Part shown: piece after piece, positions 21,308-31,334 of the stretch | How positions within the stretch are numbered: position 1 is the stretch's first letter | How the letters are laid out: each line of letters begins with the position of its first letter | Virus record (IMG/VR): IMGVR_UViG_3300031839_001517 | Source of the DNA: an uncultured virus (IMG/VR IMGVR_UViG_3300031839_001517) | Lineage: Duplodnaviria; Heunggongvirae; Uroviricota; Caudoviricetes | Direction: 5' to 3' (one strand) | Length of the DNA stretch: 64,000 nucleotides | Program-made: the position numbers and the translations under genes | The notes under the pieces: generated by a model | The model's database searches: none | Told to the model about the DNA's origin: nothing | What the model saw: only the letters and a program-made list of their open reading frames with translations

Positions 21308-22312
21308 CTATGTTAAGTGTACATTCCTGCTGCAAATGTATTTGTATCCGCCGGGGTTACAGTAATTGAAGTTAGCAAAGTTTAGAGTAACACGTGCCTG
21401 ATACAGCGATTGCAGAGTCCAGTTCGACATCATTGTTGCATACCACGATACATTTCCAAAAGCCGCTGGCCAGACGGGGAACGGGAACAGGAATGCTATC
21501 AGCATATTGTGAAATAAGTTATTCAAAGCCGACAAAGTCATAATACTAATCAAATCTTCTGTGACTTCTGCGTACTCCAAAAAGGCGTCTCGGGCGAGTT
21601 GGCCGCGGACTGCTGGTTGTAGGTTTTTTATTGTTTCGAGAGGGTGATAGATGCCACCGAAAGTAATGTATGTTCCGGTATGATTACCTGCTATCAGGTT
21701 AATTTGCGGGGCCCTTTTGATGATTCGGCCGCCCATAGAGTTTGTCTCACCTGAAATAGAGTACCCTTCAACATCCTTCATTTCACCTGTTACGATATTG
21801 ACACCTTCGCGACCAATTACTCTTACTGTATCGGCCTTTATGGCAATACTAGCTCGAGCTTTCGAGGGGCCTGTGTTGCCGGCGGACAGGCCAAAGTTTT
21901 TGTCAACATCAGTCAACTGGCTAATCAAGATTCTTGCTGCATCGGCGCCGGGAGAATTATCAACTTGTGCGGTGCCCTCTTCTTGCCCAGGTGGCCCTTT
22001 CCCGCCGCGAGCATTAGACATGCGACCAACAACCATGTCAATGGAATTCGCACGGTTAGAGCCCTTAGATCCGTATCCAGACGCAGTACTATCTGGCCGG
22101 TCAGTACCTAAGACAATATAGGCTCCAGCGTTGATGATAGCTCGCTCATTCGGGGCCACCTTGTAACTTATGTTCTGCTCTGGTATCGGAGAGTGGAATA
22201 AGCCATTTTCTGCGAACTGTGGAGCTTGGCCGGCGTCTATTTTTTGTTGTACTGTTGTGGGATTACTTGCAGCGTTTGCTGTCTTTTTGTTATCATATAT
22301 TTTAGTTGTCAT
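21308..22312 (-). CDS. Putative baseplate hub/central spike protein (gp5 C-terminal-like)
   Basis: Beta-strand runs DAARILISQLTDVD and IAIKADTVRVIGREGVNIVT; position between a cell-wall hydrolase and the baseplate genes. Confidence 0.5.
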   Translation of the reverse strand: MTTKIYDNKKTANAASNPTTVQQKIDAGQAPQFAENGLFHSPIPEQNISYKVAPNERAIINAGAYIVLGTDRPDSTASGYGSKGSNRANSIDMVVGRMSNARGGKGPPGQEEGTAQVDNSPGADAARILISQLTDVDKNFGLSAGNTGPSKARASIAIKADTVRVIGREGVNIVTGEMKDVEGYSISGETNSMGGRIIKRAPQINLIAGNHTGTYITFGGIYHPLETIKNLQPAVRGQLARDAFLEYAEVTEDLISIMTLSALNNLFHNMLIAFLFPFPVWPAAFGNVSWYATMMSNWTLQSLYQARVTLNFANFNYCNPGGYKYICSRNVHLT

Positions 22313-22322
22313 GTGTCACTTA

Positions 22323-23540
22323 TTATACGTCTGTATCAGGGCTTGTGTCTTCTGCTGCGCTTGCCATGGCGCGATTAGATTCTATTTGTTGGTTTAAGTT
22401 TGCCGGCAGGTTGACGTGTATATGGGGAGGGTTTGATTCATATATTGCCTTACCACCATACTGTTTCACTGCTGCTATAATTGCTTCTATTGATTTTGTA
22501 TGCATCTGTATTCTTTTGCCGTTTCTGTCAACCTTATCCCTGCCGGCAACGCGAGGCGTTTGTAAATCGAAGGCACCACGGACGAGATGTTTTGAAATAT
22601 ATTGGCCGGTATTAACCTGCTCTTGTATTTCTCTTTCCAGATCATTGCCTTTGGTCCAGTCCACTTTCAGCAATTGTTGTATTTTGGTTCCCTTGCCGTA
22701 TAGATTGTATATAGCTCGACATGGATGATCGGCGGTTGGTTTTCCATTTGGAACACCACCTTTACATTTACCGCCTCCCCAATTTTTCATCGCACTTGCT
22801 TGGTGGGGAGGGCCTCTGTAGCCGGAGCTAATTATTATCTCGGGTACTGTAACCGGATCTAAAACGTATGTCAACATATTCATAAACTCTGCTACCGAAT
22901 TGACCGTGGAGGCGTCTCTCATTGCAGCTTCTGAAAAACTAAACTTAGTACCATTGGGATCCGGACTAGTTTGTAAATCAGCCAAGTTGCCGCCGGGTAC
23001 CGTTTCGAGTTTCTTTTTCTTAAATGCTTGACCTGCTTTTGCGCATGCTAATCTTGCTTCGCGAAGGTCTGTTCTGCCGCGGCCGGCTTTCTCTTGAATC
23101 CATCCAAAATCGGTGTCGTATGAAAAATCTTTTTTGTTTAACTTAACAAAAACCAAATCATTGTTGGCGAGGTTTTGGAATTCCTTTGTCATAGCTAGCG
23201 TGTAGAGTGCCTGTATGACATTGTTATTTCCTGTATCTGAGAGCGCTGTCGAGCCCTGTGGGCACGGCTCAGGTAAATACGAGTGAGGTGACCTCTCGAT
23301 TATTTGCAATAAGTAAACACAGACGCCAGCATTAGATGAGGCGCTGCCTTCTCCCTCTGCGAAGCCAGTCATATTTGCAATCTCGGATGCATCCACCATT
23401 TCTATTTTTTTTAAAACGCGGGCTTTGAAAACATCCTTTCTCTCTTGTGCTCCTTCAGCTTTTCGAGCAGCAGAAGCTAGCAAATCAAATCCGCCTAGGT
23501 CTCTCGTTAAATCTGGGAATGAAATTAAGTCCTTAGCCAT
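22323..23540 (-). CDS. Virion-associated peptidoglycan endopeptidase (Peptidase M15 / Zn DD-peptidase fold) with N-terminal structural domain
   Basis: Motifs IISSGYR, SKHLVRGAFD (H-x6-D) and PPHIHV (HxH). Start moved to ATG 23540 (MAKDLISF), which follows a purine-rich SD-like sequence. Confidence 0.75.
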   Translation of the reverse strand: MAKDLISFPDLTRDLGGFDLLASAARKAEGAQERKDVFKARVLKKIEMVDASEIANMTGFAEGEGSASSNAGVCVYLLQIIERSPHSYLPEPCPQGSTALSDTGNNNVIQALYTLAMTKEFQNLANNDLVFVKLNKKDFSYDTDFGWIQEKAGRGRTDLREARLACAKAGQAFKKKKLETVPGGNLADLQTSPDPNGTKFSFSEAAMRDASTVNSVAEFMNMLTYVLDPVTVPEIIISSGYRGPPHQASAMKNWGGGKCKGGVPNGKPTADHPCRAIYNLYGKGTKIQQLLKVDWTKGNDLEREIQEQVNTGQYISKHLVRGAFDLQTPRVAGRDKVDRNGKRIQMHTKSIEAIIAAVKQYGGKAIYESNPPHIHVNLPANLNQQIESNRAMASAAEDTSPDTDV

Positions 23541-23832
23541 CTGCTGCTTCCCCTTGTATAAGATTGAATAAGCTATCTTTGTCTGCATCAGACAATTCAA
23601 GAGAAGTTTCTTGGTCTTTCTTTTGAATGGAAATTATTTTCACAAGCTGCTCATTTGAGCGTTGCAAGGTTTCAATATGCTTCGCAGCGACTGGGCTGAG
23701 GTATTTATTTTGATCTGGTGCTGTTGCGATGCAATTAGCTATCTCGTTGAGAAACTCGCGAGCAGATTTTCTATCATCGCGGATATTTCCCAACGCTTCA
23801 CTTATTAAAGATTCCAGATCGTTTTTGCTCAT
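23533..23832 (-). CDS. Hypothetical helical protein
   Basis: 99-aa ORF overlapping both neighbours. Confidence 0.65.
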   Translation of the reverse strand: MSKNDLESLISEALGNIRDDRKSAREFLNEIANCIATAPDQNKYLSPVAAKHIETLQRSNEQLVKIISIQKKDQETSLELSDADKDSLFNLIQGEAADG

Positions 23833-24554
23833 AAGACCCCATTGTTCCAGTTTTGTGTAAAGTACTGATACTTTCTTTTGAACTTTTTAAGAGAATTTAC
23901 GATTTGCTTTGTGTTCAAGCCAGTAATCTCTCTCAAGTATAAGTAAATAGCTTTTTTGTTAAAAATTTGAATTTCTTCTTTCGATTCAAACAAAACACAA
24001 ATTGCTTGGTAAACTTTTAAGTCGTTCTCTTTCATCTGGGTTGTATCCCACGATTTCAGCTCTTTGTAGAATAGTTCCCAAAACTCATTCTCTTCTCTCT
24101 CGGTGATGTACGATTCGTTCGTTGAGAGGTATTGTTCTTCGTAATTCTTAGCTAAATTATCAAAGTTGACTTCTGTTTTATTTTTGCGTTGCTGCTTCTT
24201 TACTTTGTGAATAAACCAGTTTTTAGTTATAACAGAAAAGTAGGAGAAGGCTTTCGACCCCTTGGAGGGATCGTACTTGTCCAATATTGTCATCAGCCAA
24301 ATTTTACACTCGTCTCTTAGCGAGTCGATGTTTGGCAAATTTGTAAATTTATAAGTAAAGACAATCTTATCAACCATTTCGTTAAAAGCTGGGCCAATCC
24401 AATTGACATATAAATCTGTTCGTTCTCTTATACATTCAGTATTAGAATACCTAATAATGGCATTCTCATGATCTTTTGTAAAGTAGTGATTTTTTTTACG
24501 ACGTTTCTTCTTCGGCGTTGGGGTCTGTATTTTCGTTTTCGGCATCTTCTTCAA
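23829..24554 (-). CDS. Phage late-transcription sigma factor (T4 gp55-like)
   Basis: YFTKDHENAI N-terminus and sigma region 2-like LDKYDPSKGSKAFSYFSVITKNWFI. Confidence 0.78.
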   Translation of the reverse strand: MKKMPKTKIQTPTPKKKRRKKNHYFTKDHENAIIRYSNTECIRERTDLYVNWIGPAFNEMVDKIVFTYKFTNLPNIDSLRDECKIWLMTILDKYDPSKGSKAFSYFSVITKNWFIHKVKKQQRKNKTEVNFDNLAKNYEEQYLSTNESYITEREENEFWELFYKELKSWDTTQMKENDLKVYQAICVLFESKEEIQIFNKKAIYLYLREITGLNTKQIVNSLKKFKRKYQYFTQNWNNGVL

Positions 24555-24831
24555 TTAATCCATAAATATATTCAAATGTTTCCAACTGTTCGTTGAAAGA
24601 TCTAGCATGGTCTAGGAGGGCACCAAGGGTTTCATCTCCATAGAACATCTCGAGTTCGTAAACTCTTTCAAGATGCGTAGCGAATGTGTCTACCATTTCT
24701 TTGAAATCATACATTTCTTCTGAAATAGATAATAATCTTACGATAGCGGTTCGGACATACAGCCCTAAACCAACATTTAAAATTAAAGACAACGTAAGGA
24801 TTATAGATATGGTTATTTCAAGATTTGTCAT
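24496..24831 (-). CDS. Hypothetical membrane-anchored coiled-coil protein
   Basis: N-terminal hydrophobic ITISIILTLSLILNVGLGLYV followed by an acidic helical region. Confidence 0.65.
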   Translation of the reverse strand: MTNLEITISIILTLSLILNVGLGLYVRTAIVRLLSISEEMYDFKEMVDTFATHLERVYELEMFYGDETLGALLDHARSFNEQLETFEYIYGLIEEDAENENTDPNAEEETS

Positions 24832-25078
24832 AAACTTTCTGTTTTATCTCCTTCTTCTGTTGTTCTAAAATTTCTCTATTTTCTTCGATAAACTTCTTGG
24901 TTATATCACCAGTGGTATTAGAGTTTTCTTTTGTTTTGGTAACGTAGGGCTTATTAAGTAATCGGACAAGGCTGTCCTCACCATTACAGTGAGGGCAGTC
25001 CTCTAAGTCATCGCCAATCATATGAATAACTTTCGTTATCTCATCGCAGTTTTCACAACTGTACTTAAATATTGGCAC
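24818..25078 (-). CDS. FmdB-family zinc-ribbon protein
   Basis: MPIFKYSCENC...CPHC pattern. Confidence 0.8.
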   Translation of the reverse strand: MPIFKYSCENCDEITKVIHMIGDDLEDCPHCNGEDSLVRLLNKPYVTKTKENSNTTGDITKKFIEENREILEQQKKEIKQKVYDKS

Positions 25079-25284
25079 TATCGCTGTGCCATTTTTGCTA
25101 GATCCTGCTCAGTAATCGCTGAACTATCACTGATTCTGACTGTCGGTGGGTTTTCTACAACCAATCCGTCATCTGTCTCTAACAATTTAAATCCTTGTAG
25201 AATCGGAACGATGTCCAACTCATTAAGCAAAGATTCTTGGAGAGCCATCATGATTGCTCCCAGTGCTTGATTAGATAAATGCAT
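25078..25284 (-). CDS. Hypothetical protein
   Basis: 68-aa ORF with AGGAG SD, abutting neighbours. Confidence 0.65.
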   Translation of the reverse strand: MHLSNQALGAIMMALQESLLNELDIVPILQGFKLLETDDGLVVENPPTVRISDSSAITEQDLAKMAQR

Positions 25285-25286
25285 TT

Positions 25287-25523
25287 TTACTCCTTTAAAA
25301 TTTCTATATCTCTTTGGTTTATAGACATTATATCATTAAATTTAAATCTGTATATGTCAAAGTTCTTATACTCTACTGTATCTCCCTGTGTTGGGGAGCA
25401 ATATTCAAACGTTTTAACATTTAACACTAACCCATGTCCGGCATCACGAATAATATCATCGGCATATCGGGTCCACCACTTAACTATGGCGCCTACTTCT
25501 ATGTCTACCATCTCACCTAACAA
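25287..25523 (-). CDS. Hypothetical protein
   Basis: 78-aa ORF filling the gap in the operon. Confidence 0.55.
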   Translation of the reverse strand: MLGEMVDIEVGAIVKWWTRYADDIIRDAGHGLVLNVKTFEYCSPTQGDTVEYKNFDIYRFKFNDIMSINQRDIEILKE

Positions 25524-26502
25524 TTGACTTCAAGTCCTCGTCATACATCATCCTAGCTAACTCTTTAAACTTGACCTTTGGTTCCCACCCAAGCTTCTCT
25601 CGAGCTTTGGTTGGGTCACCTAACAGCAATGGAACTTCATGGGGTCTAAATAATCTCTCGTCAATCTCAACATATTTATTAACATCGAGGCCGGCATAAT
25701 CAAAAACCTCATGCAAGAATTCATTAACAGTGTGAGTCTCACCGGTGGCAATAACATAATCATCTGGATTGTCTTGTTGCAGCATGATCCACATTGCCTC
25801 GACATAATCTCCTGCAAAACCCCAGTCTCTTTTTGCTTCTAGGTTCCCAAGGTATAATTTATCTTGCAATCCTAGTCTAATGCGAGCAGCAGCTTTGGTG
25901 ATTTTTCTAGTTACAAACGTTGAACCTCGGCGAGGAGATTCGTGATTGAACAGAATACCGCTGGATATATGCATGCCGTACCCTTCGCGATAGTTGCGAC
26001 ACAGATTATGAGCAAAAACTTTTGCACAAGCATATGGCGAAGCCGGCATGAGTCGTGTGGTTTCAGATTGCGGATTCTCTGGGTTATCTCCGAACATCTC
26101 AGATGATGACGCCTGATAGATTCGGGCATTCGGGCATACATTTCTTGCTGCCTCCATAAGACGGAGGGTTCCCATGGCAACTATTTCAGCAGTCTCTTCA
26201 GGTGTCTCAAATGAAACACGAACGTGAGACTGTGCAGCCAAGTTATAAATCTCATCCGGCTTGTATTTCATTAATAATCGGTGGATATTTCCAGAATCAA
26301 TCATGTTCCCATAGACTAAATCAAAATTAACCACCTTATTGGGATCCGCAAAGATGTGATCTATTCGATCTGTACTGATTAGTGATGTGCGGCGCTTTAC
26401 AGCAATCACATTATATCCCTTTTCTAGCAATAGATCCGCCAAATACGAACCGTCTTGGCCGGTAACTCCTGTTATCAGCGCTGTTTTTTGTTTCTCACTC
26501 AT
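25513..26502 (-). CDS. gmd: GDP-mannose 4,6-dehydratase
   Basis: [52 protein letters not shown]; start reassigned to MSEKQK at 26502. Confidence 0.96.
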   Translation of the reverse strand: MSEKQKTALITGVTGQDGSYLADLLLEKGYNVIAVKRRTSLISTDRIDHIFADPNKVVNFDLVYGNMIDSGNIHRLLMKYKPDEIYNLAAQSHVRVSFETPEETAEIVAMGTLRLMEAARNVCPNARIYQASSSEMFGDNPENPQSETTRLMPASPYACAKVFAHNLCRNYREGYGMHISSGILFNHESPRRGSTFVTRKITKAAARIRLGLQDKLYLGNLEAKRDWGFAGDYVEAMWIMLQQDNPDDYVIATGETHTVNEFLHEVFDYAGLDVNKYVEIDERLFRPHEVPLLLGDPTKAREKLGWEPKVKFKELARMMYDEDLKSIVR

Positions 26503-27403
26503 TGTTATAGTTCTCCGAATACCATTTGTATGTTGTTGATACACCCTCTTTAAATTCTGTAAACTCAAAGGGGCCTATAAGATTAATAAGTTTGGCATTA
26601 GAGCCATCCTTACGAAATTGCCCATCCATGTTGCCATTAAATGATGCCCTCACACTCTTACCTGTTTGTTCAATCAAAGTTTTGGTCATCTCTAAGATGG
26701 TTAAATTCTCGCGAGGAGCAACTATTAAGGGTGTTTCCGTGTCATGCTTCTCGAGTAATAATGGTATGATCCGACACAAGTCATCCACATATAGCTGCTG
26801 CCTGAGAGGTAATCCAGTACCCCACAAGTTGATTGTCTCGCCGTCATGAGCATCATATACTTTATGAACCAGCGCAGCTACAAAATGAGAGGCTTCCGAG
26901 CCAAAATGATCGTTAGGTCCATAGATGTTAGATGGGCAAAAAGTGGAATAGTTTCTTCCATACTGAGTCCTGTATGCACAGGACGCGACATGCAGCATTC
27001 TTTTGGTCATGCCATATGAAAAGTTTGTTTCAGTTGGGGCGCCCAAGAAGAAGTCTTCTTCCGTGAAAGGGAAATATTCAAGCCTCTCTGGGAACGCACA
27101 CGTGCTCAATGTCGAGAGAACTCGATTGATATTTGCTTTGTGAGCCTCATGTATAACATTGGTATTCATCATTGTGTTTATATGAAAAAAGTCAGCTTGG
27201 TTTTCAATATTGTCTTTTATCCCACCAACCCTTGCGGCGAGGTGCAGTACTGCATCGGGATTATGATCTCCGTACAATTGTGCAACTTGATCTGACTTTG
27301 TTAAGTCGCAGTCTTTTGAGGACAAATATGTCCACTCAGGCTTCACTAATGAAAGTCTTCTGCCTAAGAAACCAGTGCCCCCTGTTACTAAAACGTTGTC
27401 CAT
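26495..27403 (-). CDS. fcl: GDP-L-fucose synthase (GDP-4-keto-6-deoxymannose epimerase/reductase)
   Basis: [55 protein letters not shown]; adjacent to gmd. Confidence 0.88.
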   Translation of the reverse strand: MDNVLVTGGTGFLGRRLSLVKPEWTYLSSKDCDLTKSDQVAQLYGDHNPDAVLHLAARVGGIKDNIENQADFFHINTMMNTNVIHEAHKANINRVLSTLSTCAFPERLEYFPFTEEDFFLGAPTETNFSYGMTKRMLHVASCAYRTQYGRNYSTFCPSNIYGPNDHFGSEASHFVAALVHKVYDAHDGETINLWGTGLPLRQQLYVDDLCRIIPLLLEKHDTETPLIVAPRENLTILEMTKTLIEQTGKSVRASFNGNMDGQFRKDGSNAKLINLIGPFEFTEFKEGVSTTYKWYSENYNNE

Positions 27404-27726
27404 CAGGATTCCTTACACCCCAAGTTTTCAAAATAGGTGTCGCAATTTATATTTTTGTCATCAATGAAGATATCGTAAATGGGCTTTCCGAATCGCAATT
27501 CGTGGTATTTAACTCCCCATTCAGTAAACTGTTTCTCAGTCACCTCTCTCCAATCAATTCCTGTACCAGAACCACGAGCAGTCCAATACACTACGGTATG
27601 ACCTTCATCGTAAAGCTTGTTTACAATCTTGATTCTTTCTGGAAGTGGTTGGGAGTTTTCGTAGTCAGTATATCCTTCACTGCTCTTTCTACAAATCGTG
27701 TCATCAATATCAACAAAATATATCAT
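27403..27726 (-). CDS. Small HAD-like phosphatase (capsule-biosynthesis type)
   Basis: VDIDDTI, WTARG, GKP..DIFIDDK. Confidence 0.82.
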   Translation of the reverse strand: MIYFVDIDDTICRKSSEGYTDYENSQPLPERIKIVNKLYDEGHTVVYWTARGSGTGIDWREVTEKQFTEWGVKYHELRFGKPIYDIFIDDKNINCDTYFENLGCKES

Positions 27727-27727
27727 T

Positions 27728-28573
27728 TTAGCCTCTCAGCTTCTTACGAATAGCCACTTCACTTGGGGTGACCGTCTTCTCGGCAGTACCCATAATCTTG
27801 GAGATATCTTTAACTCTCTTGTGTAACATATCCATTGCCATAACTTCTAGACTAGACTTCTGGTCCGTGCCCCACATATCGTGTGATAATGTGATGTGGC
27901 GCTCCACAACGGTTGCCCCAAGAGCAACAGCGATGACTGTGGGCTCTAAATCTTCCTCATGACCCGAGTATCCAATAGGGCAGTTATATCGCTCCTTTAA
28001 GAATGGTATTAAGTTGAGGTTAATCTCATCACGAGGGGTTGGGTAGCTTGAGTTTGTGTGCATCAAGACTAAGTTACTGTTATGCTTTAAAACATTGTTT
28101 ACAGCATCATCAACTTCTTTCAGTTCACACATCCCAGTTGACATAATAATTGGCACTCCAACCTTTGCCGTCTCGGATACAAGCAACTCGTTGGTTGTCA
28201 TAGCTGAGGGTATTTTAATAAAAGGAAGATCGTAATCGGCAAGAAATTTAAGACTGTCGAGATCCCATACCGAAGCGGACCAGTCGACGGGCTTTTCGGC
28301 ACAATACCTACTGATGTAGTCATAGTCATCTTTTCCAAACTCTACCTCATACTTGTAATCAAGATAAGTCATTGTTCCCCATGGAGTTTCTCTCATAACT
28401 CCCTTCTGGTGTTCTGGCACGCAGACATCCGGGTTTCTCTTTTGAAACTTTGCGCAGTTCCAGCCACATGCTGACACTGCATCAATCAGCTTCTTGGTGA
28501 TTTGCATATCACCATTATGATTGATTCCAATCTCTCCAATAAAGTATGTTTCATTTTCTTTTAAAAATTTCAT
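27728..28573 (-). CDS. neuB: N-acetylneuraminate/nonulosonate synthase family (NeuB/SpsE), apparently without the C-terminal SAF domain
   Basis: IGEIGINHNGD, AKFQKR, KIPSA, HTNSSYP, GYSGHE, VERHITL, GTDQ. Confidence 0.92.
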   Translation of the reverse strand: MKFLKENETYFIGEIGINHNGDMQITKKLIDAVSACGWNCAKFQKRNPDVCVPEHQKGVMRETPWGTMTYLDYKYEVEFGKDDYDYISRYCAEKPVDWSASVWDLDSLKFLADYDLPFIKIPSAMTTNELLVSETAKVGVPIIMSTGMCELKEVDDAVNNVLKHNSNLVLMHTNSSYPTPRDEINLNLIPFLKERYNCPIGYSGHEEDLEPTVIAVALGATVVERHITLSHDMWGTDQKSSLEVMAMDMLHKRVKDISKIMGTAEKTVTPSEVAIRKKLRG

Positions 28574-28584
28574 TATCTTATTTC

Positions 28585-29529
28585 CTAAGTGTAGTTTGCA
28601 ATTCTATAATACCACGAAAAGTTGTTTAGTTGTTCTTTTATTGTGCACAAATCATTCTGCTCACCCAAAAATGAGCGAACTTCTTCGTAAAGGCCCGGCT
28701 TAAAATCTGTATCTTTGCTCTCGTCTGGGAGTGTTATAAATGATGGTTCAAGTGTTCCCTTTTCGAGCACCTGCAACTTTTCAAGTGGTCTCAGAATTAG
28801 TTTTTTGTCACCTATATCTATTTCAATTCCCCAGCGGCCGGCTGATTCCCAATTGGCATTGTAACTAAATGGTATACCTCTTGTTGTTGTTCCCGAGCCA
28901 GAGAAAACGCTAGCTGAAGAATGCCACGGAAGAGAACCGGCAGTCTGACAGTGCATCTCAAATGGAGAACCAATGAGGTAAAACACAGTGTCCGGTACGT
29001 GAGATGAGTTGCACAGAAAAAACTTCTGTAACTCTTCTTCGTTATACCAATCAAAAGGTATAGAGTGGACCCACTCGGTAAATGTAAACGTAACACTTAC
29101 CGGAGATTTACTCTCTTCTATCATTTTCTTGCATGCACGCACCGATTGATAAAATCTCCTATTGTATGCTACAAATAGATTACAACCACTTGATTCTGAC
29201 ATATCATACAACATGGTAACTTCCTTGGTGGAAATACCAGCCGGCTTTTCAACCAGTATATTTTTAATGCCACACTCCATTAGTTCTATTGTGATATTTA
29301 AAAGCTGACTTTCATCAACAGCAACAATTGCATAATCCGGCACAGGGCCGGCGTGGGCCTCGATAAACTTCGTAAGACCCCCAGCATATACAGGAACGGG
29401 GAAATCGGGCTTGTGGGACCTTCCAATGGTTTTAAAACTAACACCCTGAGCTAACAAGACTTTTGTGTAGTCTTTGCCTATGTTTCCGGGCCCAATGAGC
29501 CATACCTCTTCGTTCACTCTAAACCACAC
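28585..29529 (-). CDS. Gfo/Idh/MocA oxidoreductase (PtmF-like)
   Basis: IGPGNIG, LVEKP, VAYNRRF, NSSHVPD. Confidence 0.85.
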   Translation of the reverse strand: MWFRVNEEVWLIGPGNIGKDYTKVLLAQGVSFKTIGRSHKPDFPVPVYAGGLTKFIEAHAGPVPDYAIVAVDESQLLNITIELMECGIKNILVEKPAGISTKEVTMLYDMSESSGCNLFVAYNRRFYQSVRACKKMIEESKSPVSVTFTFTEWVHSIPFDWYNEEELQKFFLCNSSHVPDTVFYLIGSPFEMHCQTAGSLPWHSSASVFSGSGTTTRGIPFSYNANWESAGRWGIEIDIGDKKLILRPLEKLQVLEKGTLEPSFITLPDESKDTDFKPGLYEEVRSFLGEQNDLCTIKEQLNNFSWYYRIANYT

Positions 29530-30650
29530 CTATCGCATGGATTCCACTTGCTGCGTTCCTTAGCAATATGATCTTCACGCATTTTAGTATACGTTTCACC
29601 GTGCCATATCTCTGCGATGGTGTTGTTGTTTATATTGCCAACCTCGAGGTTACTTTTATAGTCCACATCACACGGGTTCGCAATGCCGTCAAACCAAACG
29701 TACATTCGCTGCCACAGATACTCACAGGGTCCTGTTATGTCCGGCTGCGGCTCATTCGCATAGGTATTCCATCTGTTCTCGATATTGCATGCGGCAACGT
29801 TATCAACCAGTTCGTTGAAGAACTCCGTATATTTTTCTATACTCTGGTCTTCGTGGAAAAAAACACCAGATGCAGTTGTAGTGGTTCTAGAATTTGGATA
29901 ATGTTTCTCTCTAATTTCATTGAACATGACCATGTTGCTAATAACATTTTCAAACTTTCCACGGACTCTAATCTTTTCGTAGAGTTCTTTTTCTTCCGCA
30001 TCAATAGAGAACACCAGTTCGTTAACACCAGCAGATAGAATGTCGTGACATAACTGTTCAGTCAGTCGTGTGCCGTTTGTATTTAACTTGATTTCCAAGA
30101 ACTTACCCTTGGCATATTCTAGCATCTCTGGTAGTTTTTTATGCATTAAAGGTTCGCCGCGAGACGCCATCGTGATTGCTTTAGTGCCACCTGCAACGGC
30201 TTCATCGACTACTTTCTTGAATGTTTCTAATGACATAGTGCCCATGTAAGGCTTTTTCGTAAAAGTCTTGTCAATTTGGAAACACATAACACATCTAAGG
30301 TTACACGCAGAAACAGGCTCTATCAAAAGGTATACAGGAAACTTAGCAACTTTTTTAAGCTGCGGGTATACTCTAAGTTTGTATCGGAAAACAAGGTATT
30401 CACACCATACACTGATATCACTAGTGCGTATATAAGTGGTTTCTTGTTGCGATAATTCAAACGGCAACTCACCTGTTTTCTGCAAACTATCAAGAAGAGT
30501 CTGTGCTACCTCTCTATCTTCTTCGTCAAACTTGTCAATACTAATATCAAACGAATGTTTGATGTTTTTGTGGTTAACAAGCTCATCTTCTTTCTTTTTA
30601 CCCAGAAAGATTCGACCGAAGTCTGGGATATTAAAATTCTTAATTTTCAT
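29514..30650 (-). CDS. Radical SAM/SPASM protein
   Basis: CNLRCVMC, RGEPL, NTNG; SPASM cysteines PCEYLW..NPCDVD..PCDRC. Confidence 0.92.
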   Translation of the reverse strand: MKIKNFNIPDFGRIFLGKKKEDELVNHKNIKHSFDISIDKFDEEDREVAQTLLDSLQKTGELPFELSQQETTYIRTSDISVWCEYLVFRYKLRVYPQLKKVAKFPVYLLIEPVSACNLRCVMCFQIDKTFTKKPYMGTMSLETFKKVVDEAVAGGTKAITMASRGEPLMHKKLPEMLEYAKGKFLEIKLNTNGTRLTEQLCHDILSAGVNELVFSIDAEEKELYEKIRVRGKFENVISNMVMFNEIREKHYPNSRTTTTASGVFFHEDQSIEKYTEFFNELVDNVAACNIENRWNTYANEPQPDITGPCEYLWQRMYVWFDGIANPCDVDYKSNLEVGNINNNTIAEIWHGETYTKMREDHIAKERSKWNPCDRCGLE

Positions 30651-30653
30651 AAT

Positions 30654-31334
30654 TTACCATGCTGTCCAGCCACCATCCACTTTAAACTCGGCGCCGGTGA
30701 CATAACTAGATTTTTCTGATAAAAGGAACTCAACCATACCAGATAATTCTCCATTATTCATCATCCTACCCATGGGAGTAAATTTTGAATATTTATCAAC
30801 GAAATCATCACTTTGGCTGTTAAATACGCCACCCGGAATGATACTGTTAACACGGATATTGGGTGCCAAATGTGTAGCAAGATGTTTGCTCAACATCAAC
30901 ACACCGGCCTTCGATACACTGTAACCTATATGCTTTTCTTCGCCGTTATATAAATCTTTTCGAGGGGAATCCACACCATAAGTTGAGGAGAAGTTTACGA
31001 TACTACCATTGACATTCCATCGAGCATATTCGCGACAAACAGAAAATAACGCAGTCAAGTTGATATCCATGTATTTCCTGAATGAATCCAGAGATATGGT
31101 CCATAAACTTGACTTATCGATACTTGAATCAATATGATGGTTCAACGCAAACAAATTGACAAGACCATCCGCAGGGTTTTCTTTAAAAAAATTCTTTACG
31201 TATTCCTCATCAGTCAAATCATGACCGTCAACATAATCCAAACCAACGCAGTCATACCCACATCCAGCGAGGTAAGAGGTGACCGAGCGGCCAATAAGAC
31301 CCTTGTTTCCGGTGATGATTACTTTCTTCATCAC
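30654..31334 (-). CDS. Short-chain dehydrogenase/reductase (PtmA-like)
   Basis: TGNKGLIG, SSTYG, YSVSK, IRVNSIIPGG, VDGGWTAW. Confidence 0.9.
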   Translation of the reverse strand: MMKKVIITGNKGLIGRSVTSYLAGCGYDCVGLDYVDGHDLTDEEYVKNFFKENPADGLVNLFALNHHIDSSIDKSSLWTISLDSFRKYMDINLTALFSVCREYARWNVNGSIVNFSSTYGVDSPRKDLYNGEEKHIGYSVSKAGVLMLSKHLATHLAPNIRVNSIIPGGVFNSQSDDFVDKYSKFTPMGRMMNNGELSGMVEFLLSEKSSYVTGAEFKVDGGWTAW

